Assembly: GCA_036269295.1 (NCBI GenBank) | Contig: DATASG010000228.1 | Coordinates: 1-48,644, forward strand | Direction of reading: 5' to 3' | DNA: 48,644 nt | Source of the DNA: Vicinamibacterales bacterium | GTDB taxonomy: Bacteria > Acidobacteriota > Vicinamibacteria > Vicinamibacterales > CAVVIG01 | Part shown: piece by piece, positions 44,408 through 48,644 of the stretch | How the letters are laid out: each line of letters starts with the position of its first letter | Numbering within the stretch: position 1 is the first letter of the stretch | Program-made: the position numbers and the translations under genes | Notes under the pieces: generated by a model | What the model saw: only the letters and a program-made list of their open reading frames with translations | Database searches by the model: none | What the model was told of the DNA's origin: nothing

Positions 44408-44980
44408 ATGGGCGGCATGATCCGCAGGGGCGTAATCCTCGGCTGTATGGCCGTCCTCCTCCTGGTGCCGCGCGGCGCCTCCGCGATCACCCTTGATCAG
44501 GTGGTCGCGCTCGCGAAGTCAGGCGTGACTGACACGGTCATCCTCGCGCTCATCGACCGCGATCGGACTGTGTTTGCGATTGAGCCCGAGCAAATCGTCA
44601 CGCTGCAGCGCGACGGGCTCAGCCAGACCGTGATCCTCGCGATGCTGAGGAGCGGCCGCGCCGAAGGCGATCAGGCAGCGCGCGCCGATGCCGCCTACAC
44701 CTCCGCCTGGATCGCATCCGCGCTGACCACGGAACCGGTGAGCCTCATCGTCGGCCACGGTCCGGACCGGCCGAACACGCCGCATGTCGACGGTTTTTAT
44801 TCCGGTCCGCCGGCGTGGTATTACGGCCCTGCGTTCCGCTACCGCACGCCGTCGTTGACAACGCGCCGATCCAGCGAGCCGCGCGCCCTCTGCTACGCGC
44901 AGATCAGCACCCGGCAGACGGCGAATCAGGCTCCGTTTGTCACGGAGTGTCCCGCGATAATGCAGCCGCGGCGAAGGTAG
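44408..44980 (+). CDS. hypothetical exported protein with an internal duplicated ~25-aa motif
   Basis: Signal peptide. ITLDQVVALAKSGVTDTVILALI is repeated as IEPEQIVTLQRDGLSQTVILAML. No family recognised. Confidence 0.5.
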   Translation: MGGMIRRGVILGCMAVLLLVPRGASAITLDQVVALAKSGVTDTVILALIDRDRTVFAIEPEQIVTLQRDGLSQTVILAMLRSGRAEGDQAARADAAYTSAWIASALTTEPVSLIVGHGPDRPNTPHVDGFYSGPPAWYYGPAFRYRTPSLTTRRSSEPRALCYAQISTRQTANQAPFVTECPAIMQPRRR

Positions 44981-44989
44981 ATTTCGGAC

Positions 44990-44995
44990 TACGAT
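44990..44995 (+). promoter_or_regulatory. -10-like hexamer TACGAT, 6 nt upstream of ATG 45002
   Basis: Sequence ctacgat ccgggg ATG. The gene may instead be co-transcribed with 44408..44980, since the gap is only 21 nt. Confidence 0.25.
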
Positions 44996-45001
44996 CCGGG
45001 G

Positions 45002-47980
45002 ATGACATCCCGCATCTCCGCGCTGACCGCGCTGATCGCGCTCGTCCTGGTTTCCGGCCTTGAAGCGCAGAAAACGGCGCCTAAAGCGTCCCAGAAGATC
45101 GACGAGGAGTACACCCGCCTCATCAAACAGAACCTGCAGGATCCGCGCATCTCGACCGAGCTCGTGGATCACCTGCCGGCGTCCGACACCGTTCCGTCGC
45201 CGCTCAAGTTCCTCGGCCGCGCCGTCGGCGCACCTGGCGAGCTCACCTACGCGAAGGACATCTACCGCTACTACGAGGCGCTCGCGAAGGCGGCGCCGAC
45301 CCGCGCCAAGTACTGGAAGGTCGGCACCACCGAGGAAGGGCGCGACATCGTCCTGCTCGCGATCGGCGACGAGAACGCGATCAAGAACCTCGACAAGTAC
45401 CGCGACATGCTCGGCGAGCTGACCGATCCGCGCAAGACCACCGAGGCGCGCGCGCAGCAGCTGCTCCACACCGCCAAGCCGATCTACTACGCCATTAGCG
45501 GCATGCACTCGCCGGAGACCGGCGGTCCCGAGATGCTGATCGAGCTGGCCTACCGCCTCATCGTCGAGGAGACGCCGTTCGTCCAGAACATCCGCAACAA
45601 CGTCATTACCCTGATCACGCCGGTCATCGAAGTCGACGGCCGCGAGAAGCAGGTCGACACGTACTACTTCAACAAGAAGCGAGCGCAGGGCGACGCGCGG
45701 CTGCCGCTGATGTACTGGGGCAAGTACGTGCAGCACGACAACAACCGCGACGGCATGGGGCAGTTCCTCAAACTGACCCAGGCGGTGACCAGGGAGACAC
45801 TCGAGTGGCACCCGACGGTGATCCACGATCTGCACGAGGCGCAGACGTATCTCTACGCCTCGACCGGCACCGGCCCGTACAACAACGATATCGATCCGAT
45901 CGTCGTCTCCGAATGGTGGATGCTGGCGGAGAACGACGTGATGGAGATGACCAAGCGCGGCGTCCCCGGCGTCTGGACCTACGGGTTCTACGACGGCTGG
46001 GTGCCGAACTACATGTTCTTCATCGCGCACAGCCACAACTCGATCGGCCGTTTCTACGAGGTCCAGAGCTACGGGCCGGATCCGTACTCCGTCACGCCCG
46101 GCGCGACGACGACCAGCAAGGAGTGGTTCCGTCCCAACCCGCCGCTCCAGTCGATCAAGTGGGGCCCGCGTAACAACACCAACATCCAGGAGTCGGCGAT
46201 CCTGTTCTCGCTCAGCCACGTCGCCAGGAACAAGGATCTGTATCTCGAGAATTACTGGCTCAAGAGCAAGCGCGCGGTCGACAAAGGCAAGACCGGTCCC
46301 ACCTACGCCTGGGTGATTCCCGCGACCCAGCGCCGCAAGAGCGACGCCGCGCAGGCGGTGAACGAGCTCCGCCTGCAGGGGCTCGAAGTGTCGAAGGCGA
46401 CCGCCGCGTTCAAGGCCGGCGCCATCGACGTCAAGGCCGGCGATTACGTCGTCCGCGGCGATCAGCCGTTCCGCACGCTCGCCGACATGTACTTCTCGAT
46501 CCAGAACTACGCGCCGCAGAATCCATCGCCGTACGACGATACGGGCTGGACCTTCCAGTACATGCGCGACCTGAAGATCCTGCCGGTGACCGAGAAGGGA
46601 ATTCTCGATCAGCCGATGACGATGCTGACGGCGGATGCGAAGGCGCCGGGTGGCGTTGAAGGCTCCCCGGCGGGGCTCGGGGCAGGCACCGGCGTCCTGG
46701 TCGTCGATCACACCGGCGACAACAACCTGGTCACGTTCCGGTTCAAGAACAGGGACGTCAAGATGCTTGCGGCCGAGGACGATTTCGAGCTGGGTGGGCA
46801 CAAATTCCGTGCCGGCGCGATCATCGTGCCGAACGCCGACCGCGCCAAGCTCGAGCCAATGCTGAAAGACCTCGGGCTGTCCGCATGGGCGGTCGCGTCG
46901 GCGCCGAGCGTCAAGACGCACGACCTCGACATCCCGCGCATCGGCTACATCCACAGCTGGACGCGGACGCAGGATGAGGGCTGGTGGCGCGCGGCGCTCG
47001 ACACCTTCGGCATCCCCTACACCTATTTCGCCGATCAGAAGCTGCGCGAGGGCAACCTGCGCGCGAAATACGACGTCCTGATCTTCCCGCACGTCGGCGG
47101 CAGCGCGGTTTCGCAGGTCAACGGCATGGCCAGGACCGGCAGCACGCCGCTGCCCTACAAGAAGACCGCGGAATTCCCGAACCTCGCGTTCGTCGACTCG
47201 AGCGACGACATCCGCGGCGGCATGGGGATCGAGGGGCTGGCCGAGCTCGCGCGCTTCGTGCAGGAAGGCGGCACGCTCATCACTGAAGGGTCGACCACCA
47301 CCATCTTTCCGGAGTACGGAATCACGTCGGGCATCACCGTCGAGGAACCGCCGCAGCTGTTCGTGCGCGGCTCGATTCTACGCGCGAAGATCACCGACAT
47401 GAAGAGCCCGATCGCCTATGGCTACGATAGCACCGACGTGCCGGTCTACTTCAACCAGGCGCCGGTGTTGAACGCGAACGGTGGCGGGATCGGCGGCTTC
47501 GGCGGCGGGCGCGGCGGCGCACCGGGGATCAATCCCAACGGCGGCATCGGCCAGAACGTGACGCCCAACGCGCTGCCGCTGCGGATCCAGCCGTTCGAAG
47601 CCGATCGCGAGGCGGCGCCGGCAGGGCGCGGCGAACGTCCTGTGGCCGATGACCTGGCGCAGATGCGGCAGATGGCGCAGCAGTTCGGCATCACCATCGA
47701 CGATACGCGCCCGAGGGTTGTGATGCAGTTCTCCGCCAGCCCGAACGACATGCTGCTGTCGGGTACGCTGCTCAACGGCCAGTTCCTTGCCAACCGCGCG
47801 GCGGCGCTCGACGCCACGCTTGGCAAGGGGCACATCGTGATGTTCGCGATCAGGCCGTTCTGGCGCTGGCAGACGCAAGGGACCTACACGCTCGGGTTCA
47901 ACGCGATCATGAACTGGAACGACCTCGACGCGGGTAAGGCAGCGCCCGCGGCGCGCGGCACGACCGCTCAGCAGCGCTGA
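45002..47980 (+). CDS. large M14 family metallocarboxypeptidase-like protein, exported
   Basis: Signal peptide. Motifs GMHSPETGGPE (HxxE), HDNNRDG and IHDLHE, followed by a long C-terminal extension. Confidence 0.8.
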   Translation: MTSRISALTALIALVLVSGLEAQKTAPKASQKIDEEYTRLIKQNLQDPRISTELVDHLPASDTVPSPLKFLGRAVGAPGELTYAKDIYRYYEALAKAAPTRAKYWKVGTTEEGRDIVLLAIGDENAIKNLDKYRDMLGELTDPRKTTEARAQQLLHTAKPIYYAISGMHSPETGGPEMLIELAYRLIVEETPFVQNIRNNVITLITPVIEVDGREKQVDTYYFNKKRAQGDARLPLMYWGKYVQHDNNRDGMGQFLKLTQAVTRETLEWHPTVIHDLHEAQTYLYASTGTGPYNNDIDPIVVSEWWMLAENDVMEMTKRGVPGVWTYGFYDGWVPNYMFFIAHSHNSIGRFYEVQSYGPDPYSVTPGATTTSKEWFRPNPPLQSIKWGPRNNTNIQESAILFSLSHVARNKDLYLENYWLKSKRAVDKGKTGPTYAWVIPATQRRKSDAAQAVNELRLQGLEVSKATAAFKAGAIDVKAGDYVVRGDQPFRTLADMYFSIQNYAPQNPSPYDDTGWTFQYMRDLKILPVTEKGILDQPMTMLTADAKAPGGVEGSPAGLGAGTGVLVVDHTGDNNLVTFRFKNRDVKMLAAEDDFELGGHKFRAGAIIVPNADRAKLEPMLKDLGLSAWAVASAPSVKTHDLDIPRIGYIHSWTRTQDEGWWRAALDTFGIPYTYFADQKLREGNLRAKYDVLIFPHVGGSAVSQVNGMARTGSTPLPYKKTAEFPNLAFVDSSDDIRGGMGIEGLAELARFVQEGGTLITEGSTTTIFPEYGITSGITVEEPPQLFVRGSILRAKITDMKSPIAYGYDSTDVPVYFNQAPVLNANGGGIGGFGGGRGGAPGINPNGGIGQNVTPNALPLRIQPFEADREAAPAGRGERPVADDLAQMRQMAQQFGITIDDTRPRVVMQFSASPNDMLLSGTLLNGQFLANRAAALDATLGKGHIVMFAIRPFWRWQTQGTYTLGFNAIMNWNDLDAGKAAPAARGTTAQQR

Positions 47981-48595
47981 ATGAGCGATCTTTCGCAGCT
48001 GCTCGAGAACAATCGGCGATGGGCGGCCCAGATCACCGCCGCCCACCCTGATTTTTTCCGCAAGCTCTCGGCCCAGCAGGCGCCCGAGTACCTTTGGATC
48101 GGCTGCTCCGACTCGCGCGTGCCGGCGAACGAAATCGTCGGCCTGCTGCCGGGCGAGATGTTCGTCCACCGCAACGTCGCCAACGTGGTCGTGCACACCG
48201 ACCTGAACTGTCTGTCGGTGCTGCAGTATGCGGTCGACGTGCTGCACGTTCGCCACGTGATCGTTTGCGGCCACTACGGCTGCGGCGGGGTGAAGTCGGC
48301 GCTCGACCAGGTCAAGCTTGGCTTGATCGACAACTGGCTGCGCCACGTCCAGGACGTCGCCAACACCCAGAGCGCCGCGCTCAACGGCCTCGAGGGCGTC
48401 GCCCGTGTCGACCGGCTGTGCGAGCTAAACGTGATCGAACAGGCGCGCCACGTCTGCGAGACGACCGTCATCCAGGACGCCTGGCAGCGCGGACAGGTCG
48501 TCCACGTGCACGCGTGGATCTACGGTCTGAAGGACGGTCGCCTTGCCGATCTCGGCTTCGACTCGTCGAACTGGCTCAAAGAGCGAATCCGATAG
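47981..48595 (+). CDS. can: beta-class carbonic anhydrase
   Basis: Motifs CSDSRVP, HRNVAN and VCGHYGCGG. The ATG abuts the upstream stop (TGAATG). Confidence 0.9.
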   Translation: MSDLSQLLENNRRWAAQITAAHPDFFRKLSAQQAPEYLWIGCSDSRVPANEIVGLLPGEMFVHRNVANVVVHTDLNCLSVLQYAVDVLHVRHVIVCGHYGCGGVKSALDQVKLGLIDNWLRHVQDVANTQSAALNGLEGVARVDRLCELNVIEQARHVCETTVIQDAWQRGQVVHVHAWIYGLKDGRLADLGFDSSNWLKERIR

Positions 48596-48600
48596 GGTCA

Positions 48601-48625
48601 CCACGAAACCACGAAACACACGAAA
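48601..48625. repeat. tandem 8-9-mer CCACGAAA CCACGAAA CACACGAAA downstream of can
   Basis: Read directly from the sequence. The window ends at 48644, so the array context is truncated. Confidence 0.85.
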
Positions 48626-48644
48626 GAGGATCGAGTCGGCACGA

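Noticed and set aside
1-48644. A mobile element, prophage, genomic island boundary or defence system.
   Set aside because: No integrase, transposase, recombinase, tRNA attachment site, toxin-antitoxin pair, restriction-modification genes or cas genes were found. Composition looks uniform by eye across the window.

Overview
GC-rich bacterial chromosomal window: codon third positions are overwhelmingly G/C (not computed), and the gene content resembles a soil Acidobacteriota- or Gemmatimonadota-like organism, though taxonomy cannot be proven from this sequence. I call 38 protein-coding loci, one of them interrupted by a single in-frame TAG. I found no rRNA or tRNA genes, no CRISPR array, and no transposase, integrase or phage genes. 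The left part (0.3-19 kb) holds housekeeping and mixed functions. These are pcnB-like, polA, a DUF1223 / FAD oxidoreductase / PLP decarboxylase / RNB nuclease operon, a REC-PilZ response regulator, and a tightly coupled operon of two exported paralogous unknowns, Ku and an S9 peptidase. From about 19 kb to the end the window is dominated by signal-peptide-bearing exopeptidases: two P1/DmpA-like, three M28, GGT, S15 CocE/NonD, an orphan alpha/beta hydrolase and M14. They sit with an M20 enzyme, two transporters (SSF, GntP), a class-III aminotransferase, an aldehyde dehydrogenase, an SDR and a tartrate-dehydrogenase-family enzyme. No recognisable defence, secretion or mobile system is present. 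The signals least explained by gene annotation lie in the non-coding DNA. (1) Many intergenic spacers carry short tandem arrays of 7-9 nt units, each locus with its own unit. (2) A 225-bp spacer (42931..43155) is built almost entirely of 9-nt periodic units in both orientations around a perfect 12-bp palindrome. (3) CACGAAAC-type arrays flank one M28 gene in inverted orientation and recur elsewhere. (4) First genes of transcription units show extended -10-like boxes only 5-9 nt upstream of the start codon, suggesting leaderless mRNAs. Coordinates are anchored to the supplied ORF track. Long antisense ORFs were treated as GC-rich artefacts.
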